Assembly: GCA_963796795.1 (NCBI GenBank)
Contig: CAWCNA010000013.1
Coordinates: forward strand, 11,571-75,570
From: Candidatus Adlerbacteria bacterium
Lineage (GTDB): Bacteria; Patescibacteriota; Minisyncoccia; Phycocordibacterales; SBAW01
DNA length: 64,000 nucleotides
Reading direction: 5' to 3'
Shown here in pieces: positions 28,701 to 36,153 of this stretch; positions within the stretch are counted from its first letter, which is position 1; every line of letters begins with the position of its first letter. A program made the translations under genes and the position numbers. The notes under the pieces are model-generated. The model worked only from the letters and a program-made list of their open reading frames with translations. It searched no databases and was not told where the DNA came from.

Positions 28701-31700
28701 CTGAGCCGTTGAATCCGCTGCCTACACCGGCTCCGTTGCCACCATTTCCGGCGTAGCCGCCTGCGCCGCCGCCGCTTTGGTAGTTGGGAGCATTACCTCC
28801 TGCGCCGCCGCCGTCGCCGACATAGCCGCCGCCGGATGAGTTGTTATTCGCACAACCAGTTGTGCCTGTCCCAGCGTTACCTCCGCCGCATCCTTCAACT
28901 GTTGCTGTCGAATTAAAATATGAACTGCCTCCAATACCCCCCACAGATGCTGTGGTACCTCCTGCACCAACCACAACGGTATACGTCTGGCCCGGTACCA
29001 CAGTAATATTATTTTTATATCCGAGGCCGCCGCCTGAACCTGCTGGATTCGCCCATGTTTGCGAACCGCCGCCACCGCCGCCGACTGCAACCACACTCAC
29101 GCTTGTCACGCCGGCTGGTGCTGTCCAGCTATAGGTGCCGGGGGCAGTGTAGGCTTGCTGGCCTGTAACAGCTGAATTACTAAATGAGAGAGGGTTAGGC
29201 GTTCCAAGGCCTGTGCCAACTTGCCATGTTGCACTGCCATCGCCTGCCCACACCGTCACGGTGCTTGTTGCAAGGTTGGTTGCAAACGTTGTAGTGCGTA
29301 ACTGCAATGTCTGGCCGCTTGAGATATATCCTGCCGTCTCCCATGCGCTACCATTAATGCTGAACTGCGGATCGCCGTCGCCAATAATACGAACAGGAAC
29401 GGCGCCATCAAAGTTGGTGAGCGTATCGATAGCCGACGATGTTGCGGCACTCAACTGCGCTTGTGTCGTAGACGCAAAGGTAAACGTAGCAGGAATAATT
29501 GTCGGATTATTTATCGGCGCCCATGTCGTGGTGCCGCCCGTATTTGTGCATCCTTCAAAATTAGATGTTGCTTGATTGAATCTAAAAATACCGAGTTGCG
29601 CCGTAGTGCACGTTGCGGAAGAATTTCCTACTCGTATATTTCCGGCAACATCGAGCGTTGTCACTGCTGTTGTTGTTCCAACACCAACATTTCCGTTTGG
29701 CGATATAAACAATGTTGAAGTGCCTAACGCTTTGTTAGTTCCTGAAAGATATGCGACTTGGCCTTGAGTACCCGAAAGGCTTCCTAAACACTGGCCCTGA
29801 ACGGAGACACAGCCAGTTGTTACATTAATCGCACTGGCTTGTATGCCCGCAGAAAAGGTTGAGGTCGCGTTGTCTATCAAGTAGATGGAATTTGTTCCAA
29901 CATGGAGTTGGCCTTTTATATCGACGTTGCCAGTGAAGGTCGATGAGGCAGCACCACTGTTTGCTACGTAGAGCGGTCCATTAACAGCGAGGGTCGCTGA
30001 TGGAGTGGATGTGCCGATGCCGACCGAACCCGTACTCGTTACAACAAATGAAGGATAGGTAAGCGGCCCTGTCGAGGTTGCGATAAAGAAATTATTGCCG
30101 CCGTTTTGCAACACATCCGTTCCCGCAAACCAATTGCCGAGGGCGGCTGCAGTATTTCCTCCCCCCGCAAATGCAATGGCAGTCGCAAATGAATTAAGGT
30201 CGGTATTATCGATTTGCAAACCATAGCGCAAGTCCCCAGTAGCGCGCCCGTTGCCAAGTACCACAAGCGGGCCGCCAGGGGTCGACGTTCCGATACCTAT
30301 GCGGCCGCTCAACAGGAACGAATTGCCGAGGTTCGTATTAAGCGTGGTGTACCCGAGCCCCACAGGGCCCGACGCGGACACGTACAACCCAGATGAGTTG
30401 CCCGGCGCTATCTGGATGTCATGGAAGTTTCCACCCAGAGGCGCTGTCGTGGTGAGTTTTAATATATTTGATATGAACGAGAGATTTCCATCTTCATACG
30501 TAGACGGGCTTCCAACATTCCAAATATTTATACCTGCGGGGCCAAAGTTGCCTGAAAGGAAGCGCGACGTAGAAGAGCCAAGGAGCGAGGTGTTGTCGGA
30601 CGCCGGCGTAATACTTCCGCCTACGTTAATACTGCCGTTTGTATTTATAAAAAGCGACGACGTGCCCATTGCCGTGTTCGTGCCAGAGAAATATGCAACT
30701 TGTCCCGGCGTGCCAATAAGTGCCGGACTCGACGTTGCAATAAGTTTTCCGCTTGCATCAACTGCAATAAACGAGCCTGCGGGAAGCCCGAGCGATGAAA
30801 GTGTCAGTGTGCTCGTTGCTGTGATGGCTCCGCCGAAGAATGCAGAACCACTCGTGTATTGATTGCCTTCCACTGCAAGCGTTGTTGATGGCGATGTCGT
30901 ACCAATCCCAACATTGCCATTGTCTGCAATGGTCATGCGCTGGAGGCTATTTGTAAAAAAATTGAGGAAGTTACCGTCAGTTGCCGTAATGTACGTTGTC
31001 TGTGCAGCGTTGATAACACCCCCCAGGCCTTGCCATACGCTATTGTCACCAAAACCTTCAAACTGATGCGTGGTTGTGTTGTAGCGAATTTGTCCCGTTA
31101 AATCTTCTGCGGGGCGCTGTGCTGATGTACCAACCGGCAAGTGCAGCGCGTCAGTTGCAAAAATATCAAGAGAAGATGCTGGGGTTGAAGTGCCTATACC
31201 AATCCTTCCACCCGACCCAACTTCCAAATAACTCGCCCCTGTTGACGACGCAATGCGGAGAAGATCTGCAGTTTGTCCTGCCAAACCTTTCAAATCGAGT
31301 GTCACAACATTGCCGGTATTGTTCGACGCATTTTGTATAAATACAGGTTGGTTGAATGAGAAGTTCTTTGTGGAAGAATTCCATCCGAGTACGGCATTCG
31401 GTACTACGTTGCCGCGGAAGAAGATGAGGTTGGCGTCTTCTGCATCTGCACTTACGTTGTCAGAGTTGATTGTGAAGTCGGAGCTTTGTGTGCCTCCAAT
31501 CTGGGTGTTGCTTGCAACGATGTTGTTGGCGTTAATGGTGCCGACGTAGACATTTCGCCAGAAGAACGAGGGCGAACCGAGATCATATTGGATATTTTGA
31601 TCAGGCACGATGCTCGAATTTATTGATGAGTTGATAGTGAGAGTGTTTGAAGATGAGTTGCCAAGCGTTGTTGAGTTTCCGGCTACGAATAAGTTTCCAC

Positions 31701-33462
31701 CGATGTAGGCATTGCTTGATGTTTGGAGCACGCCCGGTGCTGATGTTGCGATGCCAACGCCAAGGCCGCCAGCAAAATATGCATTACCGGTGGTTGTTGA
31801 ATTACCTGAAATGTTTAATGAAAGAAGTGTCGTTGAGGCGGCAGTGAATGAACCGAAGCTGGCCGTTTGAGCAAAGAGGTTGGTAGAAGATGCGGTGGTT
31901 GCAAAAAATGCACTTGAAGTTGCGTTAGCGAGTGTAGTACCTGCCTGCGCAGTCAGGTTGCCAGTAACCACCAATGCTCCCAGCGTCGAAGAGGTTGCAG
32001 TGAATGTTCCCACAGATGCAGTCTGTGCGAAAAGATTTGTTGTAGAGGCAAGAGTTGAAAAGAAATTGGTAGATGTTGCGTTTGCCAGCGTCGTATCCCC
32101 CAAGACAGTAAGTTTGTTAAGTGTAGTCGTGCCAAGTGATGTCAGATCCGCGCTGAAATAACCCGCACCTTGCGAAAAGATACTTGCTGCGGCAAGCGTT
32201 CCTGCAAATGTCGACGTGGATGTGTTTTGGACAATGAGGTTTGAAACGGTCGTTGTGCCCGCAAACGCCGTGCCTGGGGTTCCGTTGTTGTTCTCGACCG
32301 TGAGGTTGCCTGCAATGGTGGTATTTCCATCAACATTCACATCGCTGTTGAAGTACGCGATGCCTGTTGTCGTTGCATTGCCGTTTACGGTGAGGTTGGC
32401 GGTTGTTGTTGTTGCGGTGTTCAGTACGCCACTGATGTTGGTGTCGGAGAGGTTTGTGGTGCCGGTGACACCGAGCACGCTTGTTTGCAAATACTGTACT
32501 GCAATATTGTCCGCAACCGTATCACCATTGAGGCGTACGTTCGAAAGATTGTTGATGAGCTCCGGCAATGCAAAGTTCTCTAGTGGGCTTTCGCGGCCTG
32601 GGTTTTCAAGGTTAGAGATCTGAACTGCAAATTTGTTTTGTAGATCTGCGAGGCGCGTTGTGAGTTCGTCTTCGGTGACGCCGGAAACTACGTAGGCAAT
32701 TGGAGTCGAAGCAGCCGAAGCAGAATTGTTCTGCGAAGGCGTCGCAAGAGTCTGCGAAGAAACAGATGGGTATGTGGCCTGTGCAGAACTTACAGCACTG
32801 CTCGCTGATTCCGGGTACGCAGATTCCCTGCTAGGAATCTGCTCAGTCCGGGGGTCCACGGAGTGGACGACGCTCTGCGGAGCCCCTGCATCAGCAACAG
32901 TGCTTCCACTCTTTCCAAACAACGTTGCAAACATTCCAGACAAAAAGTTTGATGCACCTGCAAAGGCATTTCCTGTGTGGGGCAATACAACTGCCGGTGG
33001 CGTTGTGCCAAAGAATGGAGTTTCTGATTGTGATACTGCTGCTGTAAGTGCCTCGCCCGCGGCCGGGCTATGGCCGAGGGTTGATGCAAACACGAGCGAG
33101 CCTACCAAAAGTATTGCACCCGCAGCAAGACCTATAGGAGCACCGATAGTTGCCGTATGAAATGCAAGAACACTTTTCTGTACAAATGTGCCGTGTTGTT
33201 TTTGATACGCAAGCGTTTCATTGCGGCGTTGCTGCCCAAGAGATTCTGCACGCTCCTGCTTTGCAAACATTCGCGCTTGCTCAAATACAGCAATAGATGC
33301 CGGGTCGACGTACCACTGGCCTTCAAGCAATTGGCCAACAAGTTTACCTTCGCGGCACAGCTTCGAAACATAATCCTGTGCGCACTTCAAACGCGCCGCC
33401 GCTTTTCGAGCTGATAGCAGCGGTCGGCCGTCGTTTGAAAATATTTTTTTCTGAGGAGACAT
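22678..33462 (-). CDS. Giant surface protein paralog A, intact 3594-aa ORF (N-terminal excisionase-like HTH, TM anchor, β-rich extracellular region)
   Basis: Uninterrupted 10.8-kb ORF. N-terminus 'SARKAAARLKCAQDYVSKLCREGKLVGQLLEGQWYVDPASIAVF', then TM 'IGAPIGLAAGAILLVGSLVFASTL'. Three Gly-rich domains begin 'YTAPGTYSWTAPAGVTS.SVVAVGGGGGGS' and end 'GAVRI.WG'. The 'LYVTSTGG...FSLKRS' cassette is present. There are 'AALDSTHFVVAY' repeats of about 40 aa, at least 8 copies. Confidence 0.8.
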   Translation of the reverse strand: MSPQKKIFSNDGRPLLSARKAAARLKCAQDYVSKLCREGKLVGQLLEGQWYVDPASIAVFEQARMFAKQERAESLGQQRRNETLAYQKQHGTFVQKSVLAFHTATIGAPIGLAAGAILLVGSLVFASTLGHSPAAGEALTAAVSQSETPFFGTTPPAVVLPHTGNAFAGASNFLSGMFATLFGKSGSTVADAGAPQSVVHSVDPRTEQIPSRESAYPESASSAVSSAQATYPSVSSQTLATPSQNNSASAASTPIAYVVSGVTEDELTTRLADLQNKFAVQISNLENPGRESPLENFALPELINNLSNVRLNGDTVADNIAVQYLQTSVLGVTGTTNLSDTNISGVLNTATTTTANLTVNGNATTTGIAYFNSDVNVDGNTTIAGNLTVENNNGTPGTAFAGTTTVSNLIVQNTSTSTFAGTLAAASIFSQGAGYFSADLTSLGTTTLNKLTVLGDTTLANATSTNFFSTLASTTNLFAQTASVGTFTATSSTLGALVVTGNLTAQAGTTLANATSSAFFATTASSTNLFAQTASFGSFTAASTTLLSLNISGNSTTTGNAYFAGGLGVGIATSAPGVLQTSSNAYIGGNLFVAGNSTTLGNSSSNTLTINSSINSSIVPDQNIQYDLGSPSFFWRNVYVGTINANNIVASNTQIGGTQSSDFTINSDNVSADAEDANLIFFRGNVVPNAVLGWNSSTKNFSFNQPVFIQNASNNTGNVVTLDLKGLAGQTADLLRIASSTGASYLEVGSGGRIGIGTSTPASSLDIFATDALHLPVGTSAQRPAEDLTGQIRYNTTTHQFEGFGDNSVWQGLGGVINAAQTTYITATDGNFLNFFTNSLQRMTIADNGNVGIGTTSPSTTLAVEGNQYTSGSAFFGGAITATSTLTLSSLGLPAGSFIAVDASGKLIATSSPALIGTPGQVAYFSGTNTAMGTSSLFINTNGSINVGGSITPASDNTSLLGSSTSRFLSGNFGPAGINIWNVGSPSTYEDGNLSFISNILKLTTTAPLGGNFHDIQIAPGNSSGLYVSASGPVGLGYTTLNTNLGNSFLLSGRIGIGTSTPGGPLVVLGNGRATGDLRYGLQIDNTDLNSFATAIAFAGGGNTAAALGNWFAGTDVLQNGGNNFFIATSTGPLTYPSFVVTSTGSVGIGTSTPSATLAVNGPLYVANSGAASSTFTGNVDIKGQLHVGTNSIYLIDNATSTFSAGIQASAINVTTGCVSVQGQCLGSLSGTQGQVAYLSGTNKALGTSTLFISPNGNVGVGTTTAVTTLDVAGNIRVGNSSATCTTAQLGIFRFNQATSNFEGCTNTGGTTTWAPINNPTIIPATFTFASTTQAQLSAATSSAIDTLTNFDGAVPVRIIGDGDPQFSINGSAWETAGYISSGQTLQLRTTTFATNLATSTVTVWAGDGSATWQVGTGLGTPNPLSFSNSAVTGQQAYTAPGTYSWTAPAGVTSVSVVAVGGGGGGSQTWANPAGSGGGLGYKNNITVVPGQTYTVVVGAGGTTASVGGIGGSSYFNSTATVEGCGGGNAGTGTTGCANNNSSGGGYVGDGGGAGGNAPNYQSGGGAGGYAGNGGNGAGVGSGFNGSGGGGGGGYYYSSTYGTSAGGGVGILGQGTSGVAGTSGAGLEGGRGGSGGANGADGEPNSNQSTNGTITGGAYGGGGGGPGTTVGGGAGGSGAVRIIWGSGRSFPSTLTTDQTAGSLVQLSSVATSTTQQITGINIPVAISVSGSGSPQYQVCSDSACASVVQNWTSSPGTVLNNQYVRVSMTSSSIYSVTLTSTLTVGPTIATFSLTTIPAPGQQAYTAPGTYSWTAPAGVTSISVVAVGGGGGGSSSWSNHGGAGGGLGYKNNITVVPGQTYTVVVGAGGTYSTSPTNGNNSYFVSTATVAGYGAGQGGSGSTASTVNSGGGFTGDGGGRGGNTSTTYDAGGAGGYAGHGADGNSVAAQTGSGGGGGPCSYSSTYGSGGGGGVGILGQGSDGVSGCTLGTGGGGGGGSGGQNGAFGEPSSSQSANGTIYGGAYGGGGGGGGTSFGGGNGGSGAVRIMWGPGRSYPSTSVADITPTPTGQVSASGGTVTTSGLYTIQTFTTSGTFTVSSAATGANVEVLVVGGGGSGGNNNTTNANGGGGGGGVIDTIVPVTPGAYTVTVGNGGAAVPSVTIGVGNNGQSSVFGTYTALGGGGGASTGSATAAGSGGSGGGAAQGGGAAGASTQTNGYGNAGGASTVSWTGAGGGGAGGQGISGSSGATGGNGGAGYVSSITGSSVAYAGGGGGSGNSSERAGDGFAGGGRGCGTTSYYSYSSYSAGVNGTTQGSAVPNAIANTGGGGGGCSYWAPNGGWNTGSGTGGSGIVIVRYLTNGGADLAEYYPVLDSSIAAGDIVAFDTSTPVNVTRATEGEANILAGVISTDPGLVLAQPTDTSGQREVALSGRVPTKVSLENGPIAIGDPITISSVPGVGMKAGPLDPSIGNALEAFTASSTGTTIEVFLNLQKGTNASAVGQQLLAQPTATTTDAFDFVGGLIQAITNRFLNGSSASSTQSDASSTPSVSDTISNLFTSFIAQVNVLSTHIDSLLATTSVNDLTTSTSATSTPATPWSGAFAASSGLVRGALASLTDPIVHVFDHALYATTGLFNGVVADTLTASTTTTGTLTAATTTTTALCLGGTCINSFDQLGTTTASSSQPIDLSGFVSTSTFNNALALATSSFFASLPDFTQFVSSSTLSTYITGTQLASALSAIASSSANGTLLAGGTLDGSLVPAGDNLFTLGTATNRFTDVFAKNVNAGDLTFTETNSAVSGAPLVPGDVVSLYVTSTGGTTHTVPINLNTALNSNNWGSNNIYLNTSGSLGLGIASTTAPKAKLDVEGNYASGNSSLLTLANLSGANGNAAIPYSFYIPSNTGDLNIASNDTGTGSLINNSYSAWDFQLGGQSDAFSLKRSAPGTQSYASVFNISNTGNLSIPGNLSIGGTFATGQLQFTNASTSQLSIFQKAYFGATATTTIDAAGNIVGAGTLSAGTSTLSNLIVTNLSTSTFASGISITGGCFQYNGTCLTTPQGTTGQLTYFSGTNTAVGTSTLTLSAAGFFGIGTTSPLATLSIQGTPGSTDIFDLASSTGANVLKVDATGALTAKLKNLTADYVVDSGSAQINVGDIVSYINGKATKVVNTTGTIPSAGTPVALNSTNSTNISAAALDSTHFVTAYNDGSTGYVYSVVSSVSGSTITPGTPVLITSNALNEVSVAALDSTHFVVAYIEATPYYVSAVVSTVSGGTTITPGSAVTVNATYSAGYPISAAALDSTHFVVAYQNSVTTFANAVASSVSGTTITAGTPIALNAVPSDYESVAALDSTHFVVGYRNSSTTFANAVASSVSGTTITVGTPIVLNAVLSNYDSAAKLDSTHFVVAYGDGTNGGDAAVVSTVSGTTITAGTPTALNSIGTSNVSVAALDSTHFAVAYKNISSSNFIGAVVSSVSGTTITASTPVILNGVGSLYTSVAAFDSTHFAVAYQNVTNAPFAATAVVGTLPLVTSPNILGMATNATTTTNNTVTVASNGIVTGLSGLTGEVRTTSAQLASLLPYSPTKSASPSPPLRCFSTRAMGE

Positions 33463-33881
33463 TAGTCCGATATAGCTTTTATTTATGCAGTGATTTCGGA
33501 GGGAGCACTACGTTTATTGTACGCGGTGTTGCGAATATTCTTCAGAGAATTTTCATAAAAAACTGTGGATAGAATATATAAAAAATTATATTAAAAACAA
33601 TTTCTAGAATGCCTTATAACAAGAGTTAGGTATTACTTTTGATATAAAAATCATTTTTTTATATTACGTTCGTATATCGAGAAAACTCTTATTGCATAAA
33701 AATAACTTTTATTTATAAATCTCGTGTAAACGTTTTACAAAGAAGAATAAAGATTTATCGTCTTGCCGTACCCATATCTCGGCTAGAAGAGTTCGTATAT
33801 AAAAAGAAAAATACTCCTAAAAATCTAATTTCTAGAAGTATTTTGTGCCGCCACTAGGGCGTTATCTAGCTCGCTGGTTTC
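33463..33881. promoter_or_regulatory. AT-rich 420-bp upstream region of giant gene A
   Basis: Sharp drop in GC between two minus-strand genes. Two identical 11-mers AATTTCTAGAA (TTCTAGAA palindrome) at 33599..33609 and 33827..33837. Several TATA-like tracts. Confidence 0.45.
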
Positions 33882-34664
33882 TTACTGTTGGCCGTTTTGA
33901 CAGTTTCCAAAAATGAAGCACAGTGTCTTTTCTTGCGAATATGAGACGCTTGCCGTCTGCCCTTTCTGCACCGTTACCGTTGTATCCAAGCCCAATGACC
34001 CGAAAAAGGTAAATGCCAAAACTACGGCTCCTAAAGCCGTTACTCCTGTAACTGCTAGCGCCGTTACAAAAGGATTTCTTTTTTGTACGCGTCTTTCTTC
34101 TACTATCACTACCGGCTTCTCTGCGGGCGCAACATATATCGCCGCCGCAGGCACCGTTCTCGGTATATCGTTTGTTCGTTTTTGTATAGCAGGAAACAAC
34201 GGGCCCGAATCCGAGATATAGGTAAGCCCCGTTTTTTTTATCGGCACACTCCGAACAGGCTCTGAAATAAATACTTCTTCTTTTCGAATCGGGACAACAT
34301 ACTCGGTCGGAGCAGGAACAGGCTTGGCCGAAACGTTGGTAGGCACGACGGTGCCGGACATAGGAGAATTTTCAACAGGAAATTCTCCGCGTTGAGGCGA
34401 GCTTGGTTCCTGCGCAGGTACATATGTTTTTGCGACTATCTGTACTGGGGTAGCCGAGGGAGCAGGCGATATGTAGGTCTTGCTCTCCTTGTTGAGGTAG
34501 TCGGCAAACGAGCGTTCTTCCACGTACCATGCCCGGCCCACCTTGGTACCCAAAATCTTGCCTCCACGGATAAGCTGGCCGATATAATCCGAATGGTACT
34601 TGTTTTCCTTGGCAATACGTTTAGACGAGATGTATCGCTTCCCCGAGATTTCTAGTTCATCCAT
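33882..34664 (-). CDS. Small paralog of the giant-protein N-terminal module (excisionase-like HTH plus single TM), 260 aa
   Basis: Start placed at 'MDELEISGKRYISSKRIAKENKYHSDYIGQLIRGGKILGTKVGRAWYVEERSFADYL', which shares the motif with both giant genes. Pro/Val-rich linker, then TM 'FVTALAVTGVTALGAVVLAFTFFGSLGL' and a ~40-aa tail. Confidence 0.6.
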   Translation of the reverse strand: MDELEISGKRYISSKRIAKENKYHSDYIGQLIRGGKILGTKVGRAWYVEERSFADYLNKESKTYISPAPSATPVQIVAKTYVPAQEPSSPQRGEFPVENSPMSGTVVPTNVSAKPVPAPTEYVVPIRKEEVFISEPVRSVPIKKTGLTYISDSGPLFPAIQKRTNDIPRTVPAAAIYVAPAEKPVVIVEERRVQKRNPFVTALAVTGVTALGAVVLAFTFFGSLGLDTTVTVQKGQTASVSYSQEKTLCFIFGNCQNGQQ

Positions 34665-34741
34665 TTGCCTACAGTATATACATATAATAAAAACCCCGCT
34701 AAGCGGGGTGTGCAAAACTATGCAAGGCTAAGCCTTGCATG

Positions 34742-36142
34742 TTATCCAAGCAATTTTTTAAATTGCTCAGCAAGCGTCCCTGGGTTTGCCGAACCCTTAC
34801 TTTCCTTCATCCCCTGCCCAACCAAAAACTGAAGCACTGTTGTCTTCCCTGCTTTGTATTCAGCAGCGACACTCGGGTTGGCATCGATTATTTTCTGCAC
34901 AAGCGCGGGCAATGCATCATCGCTCGCTGCTTCAACAAGCACGCCAGAAAGTAGCGAGCTCTTTGCTTGGGGCGATGCTATCTTCCCTGCTGCATACAAC
35001 TCAACAACTTCGGCAAGCAAGTTGGCCGTCGGCAGCCATGTTGCACCGTGCCCGCCGGCAGGCAGGTCTTTTTTTCGCTGTCCTGCAATATCGTTCAAAA
35101 TAAAATTTGCAGCAATTTTAATCAGTTCAGGTTTTGTGAGTTTTGTTTCCATTTCGCTGAAAAATGCAGCGAGTTCGGCATCACCAACAAGCTGCTCGAT
35201 GTCCTGTGCTTGTAGAAGACCTAACTCGGCCAAGCGAGCGCGCTTTTGCCATGGGAGTTCGGGCAACGCAAAGTCTTTAAATTCAGCGATCTCGGAAAGC
35301 CGTAGTTTTGGCAAGTCGGGGTCAGGGAAATAACGGTAGTCGTGGCTCGATTCTTTTTTACGCTGAGAGAACGTGCTTTGAGTATTCTCGTTCCAGCCGC
35401 GCGTCTCCTGGACAACCTCGCCGCCTTTCTCAAGCAACTCGATTTGTCGAGCCACTTCATACGCAATGGCGCGTTCAACACTGCGGAATGAGTTAAGATT
35501 TTTAACCTCAACCTTTGTACCTAGAGGGCGAGGTTCAACCTCGCCACTTCCGGCGAGGTTGAACCTCGCCACGGAGATATTCGCCTCAACGCGCATCTCA
35601 CCTTTCTCCATGTTTGCCTCCCCCGCATCTAAATAACGCAGCACAAGCTGGAGCTCTCGGGCAAACGCACCGGCATCTTCAGCAGTGTGCAGTACCGGCT
35701 CGGTAACAAGCTCCATCAAGGGCACGCCTGCGCGATTGTAATCAACTAAACTTGTATCTCCTGTGTGTTGCGAGCGGGCAGTGTCTTCTTCCAAATGGAT
35801 GCGTGTGATATCTATCCCTCTCAAGTTTCCGCCGCTCACAAGCGGGTATGCGTACTGGCTTATTTGATAACCCTTCGGGATGTCGGGGTAAAAATAGCTC
35901 TTTCTATCAAATTCGGTATAGTCGGCCAGTTTGGCGCCGAGCGCTGTACCCATGCGGAGCACGTGCCGCACCGCCTCTTTGTTTATAACGGGCAAGGAGC
36001 CTGGGTGCGCCATACAGACCGGGCAAATATTCTGGTTAGGGCGCTTTTCGTCGGCATCGTTTAAACACGCACAAAACATCTTGGTGCGGGTCTTCAATTC
36101 TGCGTGGATTTCCAAGCCGATAGTAGGCCGATATTCGCTCAT
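34742..36142 (-). CDS. gatB: Asp-tRNA(Asn)/Glu-tRNA(Gln) amidotransferase subunit B
   Basis: 466-aa ORF: 'GLEIHAELKTRTKMFC', 'CPVCMAHPGSLPV', 'KNLNSFRSVERAIAYE', C-terminal GatB/YqeY domain. Confidence 0.9.
   Translation of the reverse strand: MSEYRPTIGLEIHAELKTRTKMFCACLNDADEKRPNQNICPVCMAHPGSLPVINKEAVRHVLRMGTALGAKLADYTEFDRKSYFYPDIPKGYQISQYAYPLVSGGNLRGIDITRIHLEEDTARSQHTGDTSLVDYNRAGVPLMELVTEPVLHTAEDAGAFARELQLVLRYLDAGEANMEKGEMRVEANISVARFNLAGSGEVEPRPLGTKVEVKNLNSFRSVERAIAYEVARQIELLEKGGEVVQETRGWNENTQSTFSQRKKESSHDYRYFPDPDLPKLRLSEIAEFKDFALPELPWQKRARLAELGLLQAQDIEQLVGDAELAAFFSEMETKLTKPELIKIAANFILNDIAGQRKKDLPAGGHGATWLPTANLLAEVVELYAAGKIASPQAKSSLLSGVLVEAASDDALPALVQKIIDANPSVAAEYKAGKTTVLQFLVGQGMKESKGSANPGTLAEQFKKLLG
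35526..35569. repeat. Perfect 19-bp inverted repeat with 6-nt spacer inside gatB
   Basis: GGCGAGGTTCAACCTCGCC acttcc GGCGAGGTTGAACCTCGCC. The second arm is the exact reverse complement of the first, and each arm is itself a 9+9 palindrome. It is in frame and encodes 'ARFNLAGSGEVEPR'. Confidence 0.8.
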
Positions 36143-36153
36143 GTGTACCTATA

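Noticed and set aside
7587-33462. Diversity-generating retroelement targeting the giant proteins
   Set aside because: No reverse-transcriptase ORF, and no template-repeat and variable-repeat pair with adenine-specific mismatches, could be found. The variation here is by module duplication, not DGR mutagenesis.
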